DNA from: Octopus vulgaris | Lineage: Eukaryota | Assembly (NCBI GenBank): GCA_951406725.2 | Contig: OX597823.1 | Coordinates: forward strand, 26,060,001 to 26,308,000 | Length of the DNA: 248,000 nucleotides | Reading direction: 5' to 3' | Shown: piece after piece, positions 42,171 through 57,589 of the stretch | Layout: each line of letters opens with the position of its first letter | Numbering within the stretch: the stretch's first letter is position 1 | Made by a program: the position numbers and the translations under genes | Notes under the pieces: generated by a model | The model's input: only the letters and a program-made list of their open reading frames with translations | What the model was told of the DNA's origin: nothing | Database searches by the model: none

Positions 42171-43445
42171 TTGTGTCATCCCATAAATAATGCAGTTTTT
42201 CAATTGCATGAACTAAAAGTCAAAGGGGGATAGGATTAACTACCTGCATCAACTTGCTATAAAAGCAGGTAGTAATTTTACCTTGTATATATTCTTAGTG
42301 TAAGTTTTGAAGAATGCTGTTCGATTTTAACAGTTATTTTTTTCAAAGTTATAATGGAAGTGACAAAGGAGCATATTCAGCATATTTTGCTTTATGAGCT
42401 CAATAAAGGCAACAACACAACGGAAAGTGCGCAGAATATTAATGCAATATATGGGGATCAAACAATAAGTGTAAGCCAGTTTCAACGGTGGCTCCAGAAA
42501 TTCCAATCCAGAGAATACAGCCAAGAAGATGAGCCTCATCCTAGAAAATATATAGAGCTTGATGAGGACATCCTGAAAATGCTGGCAGAACAAAATCCCA
42601 TTGCAAGTGTTGTAGAACTAGCAGAAAAGCTTGGATTTGGTCATTCAACCATTCATCGGCACCTGCGGGCCATCAGAAAAGTTGGCAAATTGGGTCAATG
42701 GGTTCCTCACAAAATTTCCAAGTCTAATCACGTGCAGAGTGTGATTGTGTGCTCTTGTTTGCTCTCACACCTCATGAATGAACCTTTTTTGGACTGAACA
42801 GTGACTGGTGATGAGAAATGGGTTTTCATTAAAAATGTCAAACACCAAAGGCAGTGTGTAGGTAAAGGAGAATCATTGGCAGCCCAGGCTAAAGAAGGTC
42901 TTCATCCACATAAGGTGTTGCTATCTGTTTGGTGGGATATGAAAGGTTTAGTCCACTTTGAACTTGTAAACCCAAACTAAATGATAAGAAAGGAAATCTA
43001 CTGTGAGCAGCTTAAGTCAGCACTAGAAGAAAAACAACCATCTTTGGTTTCAAGACAAAAGGTGTTCTTCCATCAGGATAATGCTCGGCTACATACAGTG
43101 AGGAGGATATTCCAAAGGCTGAAGCAGTTTGAATGGGAAACGATGCCCCATCCACCATATTCACCGGACATTGCCCCATCTGATTATCATTTATTCTGCA
43201 GTCTTCAAAATCATTTGGCCAAAAAAAGTATGAATTCTGGAGACAAGGTCAGAACAGTACTGGAGGAATATTTTTCGTGACTGACAAGTGAATTTTGGAA
43301 GAGGGGCCTTGAAAATCTACCAGATAGATGGAAGAGCATTGTAGAAAATGAAGGAGAGTATATTTTAAATTTAGAAAGAACTTTGGTTATCTTAATTATG
43401 AAAAATAAAAGAAGTATAAAAAAACTGCATTATTTATGGGATGAC

Positions 43446-43449
<4 letters not shown>
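42171..43449 (+). mobile_element. Full-length mariner (DD34D), pseudogenised
   Basis: 29-bp TIRs ttg.gtcatcccataaataatgcagtttt; ORFs 42354-42797 and 42981-43280 with FHQDNA and HPPYSPDIAPSDYHLF; internal stops. Confidence 0.93.
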
Positions 43450-43512
<63 letters not shown>

Positions 43513-43603
43513 GTATATATGTATGTATATATATATATATATATGTATGTATGTGTGAATATATATATAAATATATGCATACATACATATATATGTGTGT
43601 GTG

Positions 43604-43725
43604 GAGGCACATGACCTAGTGGTTAGAGCAGCGGACTCGTGGTTGAGGGATCGCGGGTTCGAATCTCAGACTGGGCGATGTGTGTGTTTATGAGCGAAAC
43701 ATCAAGCTCCACATGGCTCAAGAAG
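43604..43725 (+). mobile_element. tRNA-derived SINE head (family D)
   Basis: ggaggcacatgacctagtggttagagc...gggttcgaatctc (A/B boxes) runs into SINE body; related copies near 35840-36115(-), 122945, 152430-152640(-), 182655, 227170-227410(-) and 247630. Confidence 0.7.
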
Positions 43726-45044
43726 GCACAAACAATATATATATACATCAGTCTATGTCTGCTTTCCACACTGGCATGAGCTGGACAGGTTATCAGCAAG
43801 TCAGTTTCTGTTCAGGTTTATTGCTGCAGATAGAGATTTAGCAGGTAAGAAATAGGAAAAAGACTCAGATACAGATATGTATTACATATCCCATCACTAC
43901 CATCACCATCTATATTTTATCATACATTTCACTGTGCTTACACAAATGGTTGGGACTTCTCCAGTTCAGCAGGTTACCAATCCTCATGGCCATTCGTATG
44001 CTTCTTTATGAGACACAGCATCTTCAGATAAGTCTTAACTTCTTTGTCCCAAGTTTTCCTCACTCTCTCTCATCCACACAAGCTTCAATCACTTTGAGTA
44101 TGCACACTTCTGGGTACAGCTACCAACCTCCATATTCATCAGTCTTCTCTTGCATACATCTTATTCCTCTTAAATTCAGTTTTTATCTCACTCATTTGTA
44201 GACTGTCATTCATGTACATTAATATTACATATCCTGTAGAATATGCTATCTTTGTTTCTTTCAAGTCTTTGCAAATCATCTGCAGTCAATGTTTATGGCT
44301 AATCATACTTCATATGCAAGCTTTATACTGTTTAGGTTGTTGGGTTATTTTTCTCAATAGACCTCGCCTGTTTCACATGCAATAATAGTAGACACCATTC
44401 ACTTGGTCCCAAATGAGTACAAAATGAATACTCGCCCCTCTCTCCCAATATATCTCAAGCAGTCTTGACTGAAAGCTTTACTATACCTATATAATCTATT
44501 CCTAACATATAGAACCACCTCACTGCAGTGGCATTATTAGACTAATAGTATGTGGACACTGTTCTTAATTGCTGACTTGGAAGTTCTCCAGAAGAAAGAT
44601 AAAGATATTATAATTGTCTCTTCAAGACAAAATGAACAGCTTCAGTACAGACAAAGTTTATCATCGATAGAAAGCAAAGTTGAAAGCTCCACCAAAGAAT
44701 AACAGTGAGTGCATGGAACACCTAACAGTGAATGAGGAAACTGCTCGACTCATTGACTGGGTCTGCTATTGATCCAACTGCTACTGATCAACTTGATAAG
44801 CTGCAGAAAGATAATTTTCTATGAAGAACAATTAGACATGCTCAGTCTACTGTAACACCAACGAATGATGGCAACATGGGTGTAGATATAGCTGCGTGTT
44901 TAAAAGGTTTATCTTACCTAACCATGTTTTTGTGTTTGATTTCATTGTGCAGCAGCATTTTGATCTTATGAGTTGATCTTATGAGTGGGATTTGGCAGAT
45001 GGAAACAGTGTTGAATCCCATTGTGTATGTGTGTGCACACATGC

Positions 45045-45077
<33 letters not shown>

Positions 45078-45139
45078 TGTATGTATGTATGTATGTATGT
45101 ATGTATGTATGTATGTATGTATGTATGCATGTATGTATG

Positions 45140-45530
45140 TATGTACAATTTCATCAAAGATGTCTCAGACACATTCTGAATGTTGGCTGGACCTTAAAAA
45201 CTCCAGACACACATGACCTGAGGACAGCTGATATCTTGAGTATTGAGGTGATGGTGCACAAGCACTGGTTATGTTAGACTGGACACCTTAGAATGAAGGA
45301 TAGCAGGATCCCTAAGCAGATGCTATATGAGGAACTTCTTAATGAAATGTGACCATGGCAGAAACCAAGGCTGCAATTTAAGGATTGTGTCAAGTCCTCA
45401 TTAAAGGTCTGTGATATGCAGGAGACTGACTGGGAGAGCAATGCCTGTCATCACCACAGATGGAGGAAGCAGGTTAAGAAGGGGGTCAACACTTTTGAAA
45501 GAGCACGTATTCTGCATGAAGAACTTAAGT
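45140..45530 (+). mobile_element. RTE LINE fragment (C-terminal region)
   Basis: QFHQRCLRHILNVGW...RIPKQMLYEEL...RLQFKDCVK. Confidence 0.75.
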
Positions 45531-47699
45531 GTGCTGCCGAAATGTTGGGTTAACAACAAACAAGATGACAAATATCTGTCAAATGTAAATAATGTAAATA
45601 ATATCCTTTGACATGTCCAGCATAGAAAGACCTACTAGGAGCTTGCTGACATGGTTCTCAGGGTCATTGACATACACAAGCCATCATACTGCAGCAAAGA
45701 CTAGACCTTGTAGAGGTCAGCTTATACTTACTGCTACTCTATTCCAATTCTTTTTTTTTTATCCATTTAGCACTGGATTCACTAGTGATGAGTGACAACA
45801 ATGGAGAAAAATAGAGGACACTACTGGAAATCCACAACTGTGATTCTTCTCAGTGACAAGATGACAAGATTCAAATGATAGCATGAAAAGAAAAAATTAA
45901 TTAATGAGTATTTATCCAGTCCATGCTCTTTGTTGGTGACAAAACAGTTTTTTTTTTCAGACATGGCATTGCTATCCTTGAACAATGAAGGGGTGGTAAA
46001 AAAAGTTTTAAAAGTATTCATGTTCTGGCTTGCTAGGTTAATGCATTTAATTATAGCAGTTGAAACAATAAAATGATTTTAAGAGAGCTGTCAAGAGAAA
46101 ACTGAATATTAAATCATGGAAGGCACAACTCTTCAGGGTGATGCTCCTTGTTTTTAGAGAGGGAGAGGGCTTTCTTCTTACAAATAAATTGATGTTGTTG
46201 TTCTTAGTGAAACTGATTTTTCTGGGGGTAAGTCAACTAGAAAAAAATAGGAGGTGGCACTTTTTATTGGATAAGCAAAGAAAGAAATTGGAATTAGGTT
46301 ATCTAGTTTTGGGTTTGTAAGGAAAACTACTATTGCTAAACAACTATGATAACTACCTCAAGGTCAAAGAGGTTGCATTATGCCATTAAAAGTGGATCTT
46401 AAGGAGAGGAACTCAGCATTTTTAATAAGCTGCCATGCTATGACAATGACTTGTAATAAATACAACAAAAATACTTTTTTATGATAGCTTACAGTCCTAC
46501 ATCTCAAAAATCCCTTGTAATGATTATGTCCAACCATTTGGTGTCAGAGTAGTTTCTGATTCTGATAGTTGGTTTGGTACAAATTGGTATTCACTTCCCA
46601 TCAAGCCTTACCAAAGGAGAGTGTGACCTTTGAACCTTTGAACAAATTGGTATTCACTTCGCTGCCAAAGTAGTATTTTTGTTCTGGGCCACAAGGTTTG
46701 TTCAAGTTAGGACAAGCCACTTTGGTATGTCTATTCGGCTTGTGTCTGAATGGGTGACCCAACTAAAGTCGATCAGTCTTTGACCTGTGTCCAAGTAGCA
46801 TTCAGCTGACCCCACTGGTCATCTATTTTTAGCTAGAGCTATCAAGATGCTTTCTCTTCAGCCTCTACATTAATTTTTGATGGGTCTTCCTCTGGTCACT
46901 CCTTTGATACCCATGGCTCCACAGGCCTTACCAAAGGAGAGACTGAACTTTGAACCTTCTACTCCCTGTCTCCATTGACATGCATCTGCTCCTGCACCTG
47001 TTTCTGCAATTCCTGATACTTTGCTCACTACCTCACTTGCTCTGTTCACCTCAAGGCATAGTTAGTTCCAGCAAAATGAGCTGTCTTGAGGCATCTGAAA
47101 CCAAGACAATGTCCGATCTCAACAAGGACGATGTGATTAAGAGATGACTTTTAAGCTGTCCCTCTAGACCAAGTGTCAACTCCCAGTCAAGTGCTCTAGG
47201 AAACAAACAATTACAGCTAGGTCTTTTCCTTTGGTCATTTTCTCATCTCAACAGAAATTATTCCTCTAGCTGTAGTGTGGATGTAACTTTAATTGAATCT
47301 CTTTGATCTTTAATGTCTTCTGTTGTTCTTTAAAAAAATTGTTTTATAGAATTTAATAAAAATTAGATTTTCTTCTTTTTTGGGTTTTTAAGCATTAAAA
47401 CTGGCAAAGTATGTCCATTACAAAAGCTGTGCAACTTAATTTAAACTTCCCAAACTCAATCTGATTCTAACAGTTCTTTTGGTAATTGAATTTTGCATCC
47501 AACCAAAATAGAAGCCTCTGTATAGTTGTTTGATGTGCTAGAAATAGCAACTGAATTTCTTTAAATAACTCCCTACTGCCTTAAAACAGGAAGGATATTT
47601 TAGCCAGCATAATCCTAGGTATACAAAAAGTTGGGTTAACCAGAGCTGGAGCATCTTTGACTATAGATCTGCTTGATCAAGATTGACTTGGAACTAAAC

Positions 47700-47753
47700 A
47701 AGAAGAAGAAGAAGAAGAAGAAGAAGAAGAAGAAGAAGAAGAAGAAGAAGAAG

Positions 47754-47785
<32 letters not shown>

Positions 47786-47845
47786 CGACGACGACGACGA
47801 CGACGACGACAACAACAATAACAACAACAACAACAGCAACAACCA
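47700..47845. repeat. Compound microsatellite (AGA)n(ACA)n(ACG)n
   Basis: Read directly; it extends the (CAA)n tail of an old repeat family. Confidence 0.95.
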
Positions 47846-48059
47846 AAAGAGGCATCACATTTCTATTCAGTAATCTCATCATTTCTGCATCACTCTAAAG
47901 TTTAACCATGACACACAATGAAGTAATGCTCTCATATCTGGAATGGTACTGCTGCTACAGCACATATAGACATGCTAGACTGCACCCCCTCCCACCCCCA
48001 ATGCCACCAGACAAATTGACCAGAAGTCATTCTCCAACACACTCCAATCTCTGTCCCTC

Positions 48060-48330
48060 AGGATTATGTGAGCATTGTTCGAAATGATTGTTCGAAATCA
48101 ATTATTCGAAAACAATTATTCGAAAAACATTTATTCGAATGGACAATTATATTAATGAAAATTATTCAAAAGGACAATTATATGAAATGTTAATTATTCT
48201 AATTTTTTTTTATATAAATAAAAATGATAAAATTAAGAATCAAGTACACAAATGAAATTTATTTCAAATAACTGTTTTTTGAATAATTGTTTTCAAACAA
48301 TTGTTTTCGAACAATTTTCATGATACGGTT
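48060..48330. mobile_element. MULE-like MITE remnant with short internal ttcgaa subrepeats in inverted arms
   Basis: attgttcgaaa/aattattcgaa repeats on the left mirrored by ttttcgaacaatt on the right. Confidence 0.45.
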
Positions 48331-50244
48331 CCACAGACATTTTGTCTTCTCTCTCAACCTTTTCTACTCTTACTACAATGGCCCTCTGCTTTTTGGACTT
48401 GATTTATCTCACACCAAGTCCAGTCCGGCTCCCTTGTCTTTCCTTCTGTCATCACTCATATTGTATCTACTTCCTACTCCTGCACCAACCATTTCCCCCA
48501 ATTATTTCTCCCCAAAACATTATCTCTCTGGAATCTCCTCCCTGTTCATGTTTTTCCTTCATATGTTGACTTACAACTGTTAGAAGTGGAACATCAACTA
48601 TGTTAATCTGACTAGTTTCAAATGCCTTTGAAAGCTTCATGTGTACAATCCCACTTCCCAAACAAATAACAAAAATTAAAAAATACATAACACAATAAAT
48701 GATGGATCTACCTTGTGAGTTTAAGTCTTGTTTGTGTTTTCATAATGAAAGTGTTAGCTGTTTCTGTCATGTTTTTTGGCTCCAAGCAGTCTTGATCCAA
48801 CAGTCATATGGTCAAATGTATTATAGTCATAGCCACCCTATATTATTTCCCTGGCATAGTCTATCTAGGACTACATTATCTAATGTGTTCCTCTGTTCCA
48901 TTTTTCTTTCTTTTTTTTTTTATTTTTACATTACTTTGAGAAGGAAGGGTAAAATTCTGTGACTCTTTTCAGGCCCTTAAAGTCTAGTGTAGTAGTATTG
49001 ACTCCCAAACCTTGTTGCTGTGAATTGAACCACACAGTTATGCTTATGCCTAAGGATATGATTTTTAAGAATATTCGGTGGCTAAATCTAACATATTGAA
49101 CAGATTGAATTATGATGTAGTGGTTACTTCATTGAAATCGCAAGTGAAGTGCCTATATATCAAAATTACTTTTGCTGGTGAACTCTGCCATGATAGAGTT
49201 TCTAGAAATTCCACTGTCTAGAACAATCCTTTAAGAGCAAAAGTGTTTGGTTTTATCAAGTTTCAAGTACTCTGTAGACAGTTGAGATATTTCAGTTATG
49301 CACTGCATTGCTTATGGTCAACAGCCCAATAACTGTTTAACTATCTAAGTTTCTGAAATGAGTTTGTTATTAATAAAATTATTATTGTTCTGATTATTAA
49401 ATCTTCTTTAGAGATGAAATACTTTTTTTCATATTTACATTTACTCCATGCACAACACTGCCATTGGCTTAATGTGGCTGCCTTTACTGAAAGGCAAAGA
49501 CAGCCATATTGAGGAGCTTATATTTACAATATGCATTTCACAGGAAATATTCTTTTATCAAGGGCAAGAAATAATCAGCTACATTGAATGCTATGCTCAT
49601 GCGATGGGGAGGAAATTTTAAAACTAGATGATGTCTTTTCTCAGTTCTGCTGTTTTGTTGGGGTTAGCTCCACGTGTTCTAATTCTTCTTTGATGCAACT
49701 TCTTATAAACGAGTCACTGTAGTGGAGTGTGGCCCAATTGAATATGTCCCTGCTGGGGGATAGGGTGGATATGTTCCTACTTATATTACCTTACAAAATC
49801 TTTTTTATGATTGTAGAGGGTGCTGGTTGGAGTTTTTCTTTATATAAACTGTCTTTATTTGGTTTTCTGTAGTTGTGCTTACCTGTGGTAAGATCTAATG
49901 TCATGGATAAAGCATTGATGATTAATGCAGAGAACTATTTTAAAATCAAATTTCTCAACTATGTCACATCTTTCCAAAATTTGTCAATACTACAACTAAT
50001 TTTGTGGAGGGAGACTATTAACTTGTCAACTTTATATTATCATATATTGGGTGGGGGTTTATTCTTTCCTTAATGGAGAAGAACAACTAGTTTGTATACT
50101 TCAAATCTACTCAAAGTTCCTTGTTTTGCCTTTTATCTCTGAATGAGCCATAGACACACCAAAAAGTTCCTTGATTTGTTTTTTAACTCCAAAAGAATCC
50201 CCATAAGGTAAGAATAACTGCCTACTATTCATTACATTAGTCTT

Positions 50245-50295
<51 letters not shown>

Positions 50296-51880
50296 GCTTT
50301 TAAAGAATTCTAAGACTTTTTTGGAGATGCAATTTAGAAATGTATCTGTAAATGTAAGAGCCCTTGCTTGATGACAGACACATCATGGTACACAGAGCTG
50401 ATCAGGTCCACCACTGCAGTCGAGTTTTTTCTGGTTAGTGTTATAATGAGTCGAGGGTTTTTCTAAATAAGTTGTTGGTCCTCCACAGAATAAGGGCTAC
50501 CATCTTAGTTGGTCCTCCACAAAATAGGGGCTGCCATCTTAGTTGGTCCTCCACGGAATAGGGGCTGTGATGAGCTGACATACCACAGGTCACCATTAGT
50601 CTGGAACCTCCCCAGGAGACTGGCCCACCTAGGGTGGCTATACCAGCAGTGAAGCTCCAGGTAGTAATGCTCTTTCAAGTCTATGGAATATATCCAATGG
50701 ATATGCTATGCTGATTGAAAAGGCTCTGAGGGCGTTTGGTGTGGTCTCTAAGTCTACAGAGTGTTTTTGTTTTGAACTACTTAATTATGGCATTGCTCTC
50801 TTCCCTTTTAATAATTCTCTGGTGCTTTTAATTTTTAGGCTAATGGAATTAAAGATATATTTCCTCAATGTCTTGTGTTTTTTTGTTTTTTTTTATGGGG
50901 TGCAGTTGTTAATTTATATTTGGGATTGGACACAAAGGCATCTTTCTAGATCCTATATTTTTCAAAAAGCAGCATTCCTGAATCTGGTGCCTTTATAAAG
51001 TGAAGAAATTTGAATTCAAATCTTGAGCTGAAATATTATAACATGAATATAGCATTTCAAATTTCTACTTATCATATTAGTTCTTTCGATAAGCCTCTCC
51101 TAACTCTTAATTATTCTAACAATTAATACACAGAATCTGAATGTATTCGTGTTGCAAATCTGGTCATAAAAGGTTTACAGTAATATGTAACTTGTACATG
51201 ACAAGGCAATCCAGCTTGTCATCTATTTTTAATTTTAGGCTAATGAATTTGCTTCAAAGTTGATTATATTATCCTTTTGTAAATTTAAGTAATGTTGCCT
51301 GACAGGAGTTTGGAGTGTGTTGTGCTATCAGCACTATTCAGATTATTATTTTTTTTTTGTTGTTTTTCTGGTAATCATGTGAATGTTGCAGGTGTCTCTG
51401 ATGGATATGATGTGCTTATTGAGAAGGCTCTGGAGGCTATTGGTATGGTCTCTAAATCTTAAATATTTTATCAGGTTCATTAGGTTGGTCTTAAAGTTTT
51501 CAAGATCATCTGCCTTTAGGGTTCTGAATCTAAACTTATTACCTGAAGGTGATTGGTGATAGTTTTTCAGAATAGGTGTGAGTGTGTGTATATATATACA
51601 CACACATACACACACACACACATGCACACACAAAAATTTTAGCACAAGGCCAGTAATTTCAGGGGAGGAGGCAAGTCAATTACATTGACCCAAGTGATAA
51701 ACTGGTACATATTTTATCGGCCCCAAAAGGATAAAAGGCAAAGTTGACCTCAGTGGAATGTGAACTCAGAAACGTAAAGACAGACAAAATGCCACTAAGC
51801 ATTTCATCTGGTATGCTAACGATTCTGTCAGCTTGTTGCTTTTATATATATATATATATATATATATGTTAATATACATA

Positions 51881-52245
51881 CGAGGGGCATTCAATAAGTA
51901 ATGCCCCTGACCCACTTCCCATAGCAGTAGAGCAACGAAACTTGGCACAGTTATTAGTCTTTTTCTACATAGGAACCACCCAGAGTTACGCATTTCTGCC
52001 ATAGTTTGATGCAGCGCTGGAGACCGTTTTTGTAGAAGACCCCAGCTTGGTCTTCCAACCACAACGTGACTTTAGAAATCAAGGCTGCATCATCTGTGAA
52101 ATGCTTTCCTTTCAAAAAAAACTTCATGGCTGGGAAGAGGTGAAAATCAGAGGGTGCAAGGTCAGGAGCGTAGGGGGGATGGGGGAGGAGCTCTTAGCAG
52201 CACGCCTGTGCTTCTGATCTGGCGACACGCGAGTTGTGAACCGGA
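51881..52245 (-). mobile_element. mariner right-end fragment
   Basis: TA|CGAGGGGCATTCAATAAGT terminal repeat; minus strand encodes HPPYAPDLAPSDFHLFP. Confidence 0.8.
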
Positions 52246-52824
52246 GCGTTGTCCTGCAGGAGGAAGATGCCTTTGCTGATCTTGCCCCACCTCTTGATTT
52301 TGATACCTATAGAGGGAACGTCTCTGATACCTCTTTACTTATATCTTGAAATAACTGTTGAAGCCGTTAGTTATGGTTCAATATCTGACATGACTCCCAT
52401 CTCTTTCTCATATGAATACCAATATGACTCTCCTAGATCTAATTTTTTCTGCTCTTTTCCTCTTTTTTAAGTTCCTTGTATTATAGTTTATTTCCTCCCT
52501 GCACTGAAGAGTATGTTGATATTTATTTTATTTAATTCAATCATGAATTTATATTATTATATCTCTGTACAAAATGATTGTCTGCAAGAATTAAACTCCT
52601 TATAAATTTTAACAACTTGTTTTCTCCATTCTTAACAATATTGATGGGATATATGGAACTTAATTCAATAAATTCATCATACATTATATACAAGTACTAC
52701 TTCCATATCTTTGCAAATTCATGCCTGTAAACTCCCAGCAAAGTATGAAGAATCAACATTGGAAATCTTTTTTGGAAACTTCCAATTAAAGGATGAATCC
52801 ACATTCAACCTTCATACACCTATA

Positions 52825-52892
<68 letters not shown>

Positions 52893-53149
52893 CACACACA
52901 CACACATACAGACATACATATATACACACACACATGCACACACACACACACACACACACATATGTATGTACATGTATATACATATATGGATCATCAGTGA
53001 ATCATATATCTGTAAAAGAAGCACCCTCTAAATCAGGAGCAGTGAAGTATCTATAAGATGTTAATTATATGGCTGACAAGCTGTCTATAAGGCTAAGTGC
53101 TTTACAAATGCAAAACCATTGGTCACTCTATGACCAGCCGTATAATTAA

Positions 53150-55250
53150 TTTCCTATAAATGTTAAGAGCATAATAGGAAGTTCCTGTAGAACAACTTAC
53201 TGAGGGCTCCAGACCAAATCTGTGGCTAGTGCAAATCCATAACCAGGCTGAGGATGACATGGTAGTGGAACAAGAAGGTAGACAGTGCTATAAAAGCAAA
53301 GCGACAGGCCTGGAAAGACTGAAAAATGGTGGTAGTTGAGAATTACATCAGGTAGTAAGAAAGGAAGCTAGGGAACAAGTTAACATAAAAGAAGTAGAAA
53401 GTAAGAGATTTGCCAATGTTCTACAGCTTGAGGATCAGAGTCATGCGGTGTTCAGGATTGCATAGCAGTGTGTCAGAGAGAATAGAGATGTGGTGGGTGA
53501 GAAATGTGTGCAAATAGCTAAAGGTTTTTTTTTGCGACTCTGAAAAGAAAGAGGTTTGGAAGTGCTACTATGAAAGATAGTTAACTGTGGGACATGAATA
53601 GTAGAAAGAGAGCCTTCTCTATGTGAACCTAACTGAGGAACCAGCTATTTGAGTTGAAAGCAGTACGATAGATAAGGCAATTAAGGATTTGTAGACAGGG
53701 AAAGCCCCTAGTCCATTGGGTGTTACTGCTGAGATGCTTAAAATATCTGGTTGGGTAGGATATGGTCTGGTTATCTGGAAAGTTAATCAGGTTATTCAGG
53801 AAGGTGTCATCCTCAATGACTGGTATAGTAGCGTTATAGTCAGCTGCTACAAAGGCAAGGGACATGCTTTAGATAGAAGTTATTACTGAGGCATGAAATT
53901 GCTTGGCCAAGTCATGAAGGTTACAGAAAATTAGAAACAGAATCAGGTTAGATGAAATACACTTTGGCTTTGTGCTGGGAGAAGCACAACTGACACTATC
54001 TTCATAGTCAGACAACTGCAGGAGAAGTATTTGGCTAAGAATAAACCATTGTACTTGACATTTGCTGACTTGGAGAAAGCTTTCAACAGAGTACCTCACT
54101 GTATGAAATGGTGGGTCCTGATAAAGCTAGGGATAGCTGAGTGGCTTGTGAAAGCCTGTACAGGCCTTGTTCAGAGGTTCTGTCAGGGAGGTAAGAGTTA
54201 GCCATGAGTATAGTGATGAATTTAGTGTACAGATAGGTGTTCACAAGGGTTTGGTTCTCATTTCCCTCCTATTCAATCTTTGGTTTCCAGGCGACTTGCT
54301 AGTAAACAAGAAAACAGACAGGACCCTACACCCATCAGGTAAATGACCCTGTCCAGTATGTAGGAAAGGTGTAGACAGGAATTTCATATGGTGTGTCCAG
54401 TGTAAGGTATGGACACACAAAAGGTGCAGTAGAATAAGAGGAGAGTTAACAGAGAAAGTAATGTTTGTGTGTGGAAGATGCACAGGAGCCATAAAATCTA
54501 TATAAATACACAGGAAATTGATTTTCTCAAACGTCCTGGAAGATCTCTAGAGGTAGTGGGTAATTTCTGCTTCCTAGGTGACCCAATCAGTAATGGAGGA
54601 GGATGTGCTGAGAGTGTAATCACTAAAATAAGAATCGGATGGAGAAAATTCAAAGAGCTTTTATCTCTGTTGGCAACCAAAGGTCTCTCTCTCTCTCTCT
54701 CTTCAAGTAAAAAGAAGATTGTATGATGTATGTATACAGACAGCAATATTACATGGTAGTGAGATGCGGGTCCTGATTGCAGAGGGTGTGTGAAGACTAG
54801 AGAGGAAGGAAGCTTGTATGCTTTGCTGAATGTGTAATGTCAGTGTACATGTATAACACAGTGCTAGTGTGCTGAGAGCAATGTTAGACGTAAGAGGAAT
54901 TAGCTGTGGTGTGCAAGAAAGAAGACAGAACTGTTTTGGTCATGTGATTTGTATGGATGAGCACAGTTGCATAAAGAAGTGCTGATCGCATAAAATGGAC
55001 CGAAGTTGGGTTAAAAGGAGACCAGAAAGACATGGGATGAAGCATTGAAAGCTGATCTCAAGTTACTGAACCTTACAAAGGAGAAAACGAAGAACAGAGA
55101 TATCTGGTACCATGTTGTACTCAGGAAGACTCGTCCACCACAGCAGAACTGATATCCTAAAACCACCTTGGTAATGCTTGTCCATGAGGGCCCCTGCCCC
55201 AGCCACAGCTCCATCCTCTCTGCCTTGTCAACCATTTCCCCACAACATTT
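53150..55250 (+). mobile_element. Heavily decayed RTE LINE (linker, RT, C-terminus)
   Basis: Motifs GKAP.P.G..AEMLK, QLQEKYLAKNKPLYL.FADLEKAF and FCFLGD.IS.GGG in shifting frames. Confidence 0.85.
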
Positions 55251-57589
55251 CACCCCCTAATACCCATCATTTCTCTATCACCTGAGAGCAGAATAGGCAC
55301 ATACTACATCTCCCTGCTTTATCAGATACCTTCCTTCCCCCTCCCTGAACCACTGCCATTTCCCATTATCTTCCCTTGCCAACTGCCTCCTCCTCTCTGT
55401 GTCTTCTCTCCCCTGTGCTGTTCTCCATCACTTATCTGCTATCACCCTCAATACTTTCACATGTCCATCGCAACCCCCACTCTCAAGTCTCTCCTCTATT
55501 TCTCTCCATTATTTTACTACACTTACCTCTATCATGCCCTCTCACCCAATCCAAACTTTTATCACCTCACTTATTCTAACCCCCCCCCCCCCCATCCCTT
55601 GAAGGCATGTCCCTTACACATCTTTGCCACCATCTCTCTTACTATTGCCCTCTTTATCTGACTCTCTGATTCACCTGCTTTCTTTATCTTACTCTCTAAC
55701 TCACCCGCTTTTCTCTTCCAACTAGGGTATCCATGTATCTACTCTACAGCAAGACACCTTTCTCTGTCCCTCTTTACCTTTAATCTCTCATCAAATGGCA
55801 CAAAACCACTCTACTCAATACTACTCCCAACTTCCAGTTGAGTGGGGGTTTGTCCTGCAAGTTACTTGATGACCCAGTCAGTAATGAAGCCATGTAGAAA
55901 GCACAGATCTTTTCTGTTTTACTGCCACTTTTCAATTTCTTCAATTTTGTTCCTATTGATTTCAAATTTGGTGTATTTATGTAGATCTGTATGATAATTA
56001 TTGGCATGAAATTCATTTTTGCCACAAATTTAAAAAAAAAACAGTTAATAGCTTTTAAAGTTTGCAAATTTTGAGTAACTTTAACCAATCAAAAACCAGA
56101 CATAAAGGTGCCTGTTTCAATAGTAACAAGCCAACCATTGGAGAGTTCCACGTATGTTTACGAAAAACCACGTGTGTCTTACGATTGCAGTCACATACAA
56201 AATGACAGCTTCCAAATCCTGTTTATTGACTGGGTAAAAATGATCAAAAACCTGTGTAACTTTAAAAAAAAGTTTCTGAAACAAGTGAATTAGGCCCTGA
56301 TATTCATCAAGAAAAATCTCATCAATACACCAAATTTCAAAATTTTCACTTAATTTTAAAATTTCAAAAAGTGCAACCAAACAGATAAGATCCAAAAGCA
56401 CTGTTGCTGAGGCCATGTATAAGGCACTGGTGCTGGTACAACATAAAAAGCAACCAATGAACTCTGTAAAGTGGTTGGCATTAAGAAGGGCATCCAGCCC
56501 TAGAAACCATGTCAAAACAGACAATAGGGCCTTGTTTCTAGTGCTAAAGCCAAAATCTCTTTGCACACCATAAAATCTATTGGAGTGTTGCCCAATATGA
56601 CCATTGAAGCCGCCAGCTATGAATAATAAGGTAATTTTCTTTTTTTTATTGGGATAGTCTGCTGAAAGGATTCATAGAAACAGTCCTTCTGTTCAACAGC
56701 TTGTCCGGTATGTGGAGCATAGCAGAGATTTACATTATACAAAACTATTCTTAACCTGATAATCCAACCACATATCATGACTACCTCAGTCTCCTTATCT
56801 CCCCACTTCTCTTCCAGAAGTATACCTACTTCATTACTAATTCTTTAGCCTGAAGAATTTACTTCTATGCTGCTTGCTCACAAACAGTCTAACTTAGAAT
56901 CTCCACCATTGTATCTCTTGCATGCAACAAACATCTACATATCTATGTTCAAGACCTACTTTTCACAGTACTGACATTTGTCATAGCTGTTCCAAGTTTT
57001 GGGACATCAGAAGATTGAGAGAGCACACAGGTAATTGTGTTTAACATCTGTGATGATGAGTACATTTTCAGGCACTTGTCTGGGGGTAGTGGGTTCTTGC
57101 ACATGCCAGTGAAAGCAGGTATAGGTATATACGCATATACTACTCAATGTTTTCTGTTTCCCTCCAATCCCACAAAATTTTCAAGGGCAAGCATTAGCAA
57201 ACAAGGGAGGATGGGGAAGGTGTGGGTAGGGCGGTCATAAGACACCAATCAGCTTTTAGTGATATTCAAGGTAGGTGTACCTTTTAATGTTCTTTCTTAT
57301 CTACACATATATGTATATGAAATACATTTGTTCTTAGGCATGAAAGCTTATGCACACATATATAATTGTAAATTTAAGTAAACTAACTTTGCTGCCTAAA
57401 AACATAATACTGTATGTATTGTTATGTAGACACCTTTGTAAAACTTTTCAGAAGCATACATCCTTTTACACACTAAACATTCACACATATGTATGCATGC
57501 ATGTGTCTGACTTTAACAAGAGTGGAAGGGACTTGTAAGGGGGAATAGTTTTAGTGGCTTAAAATAGTTTTAAGTCTTCACTTAAATAA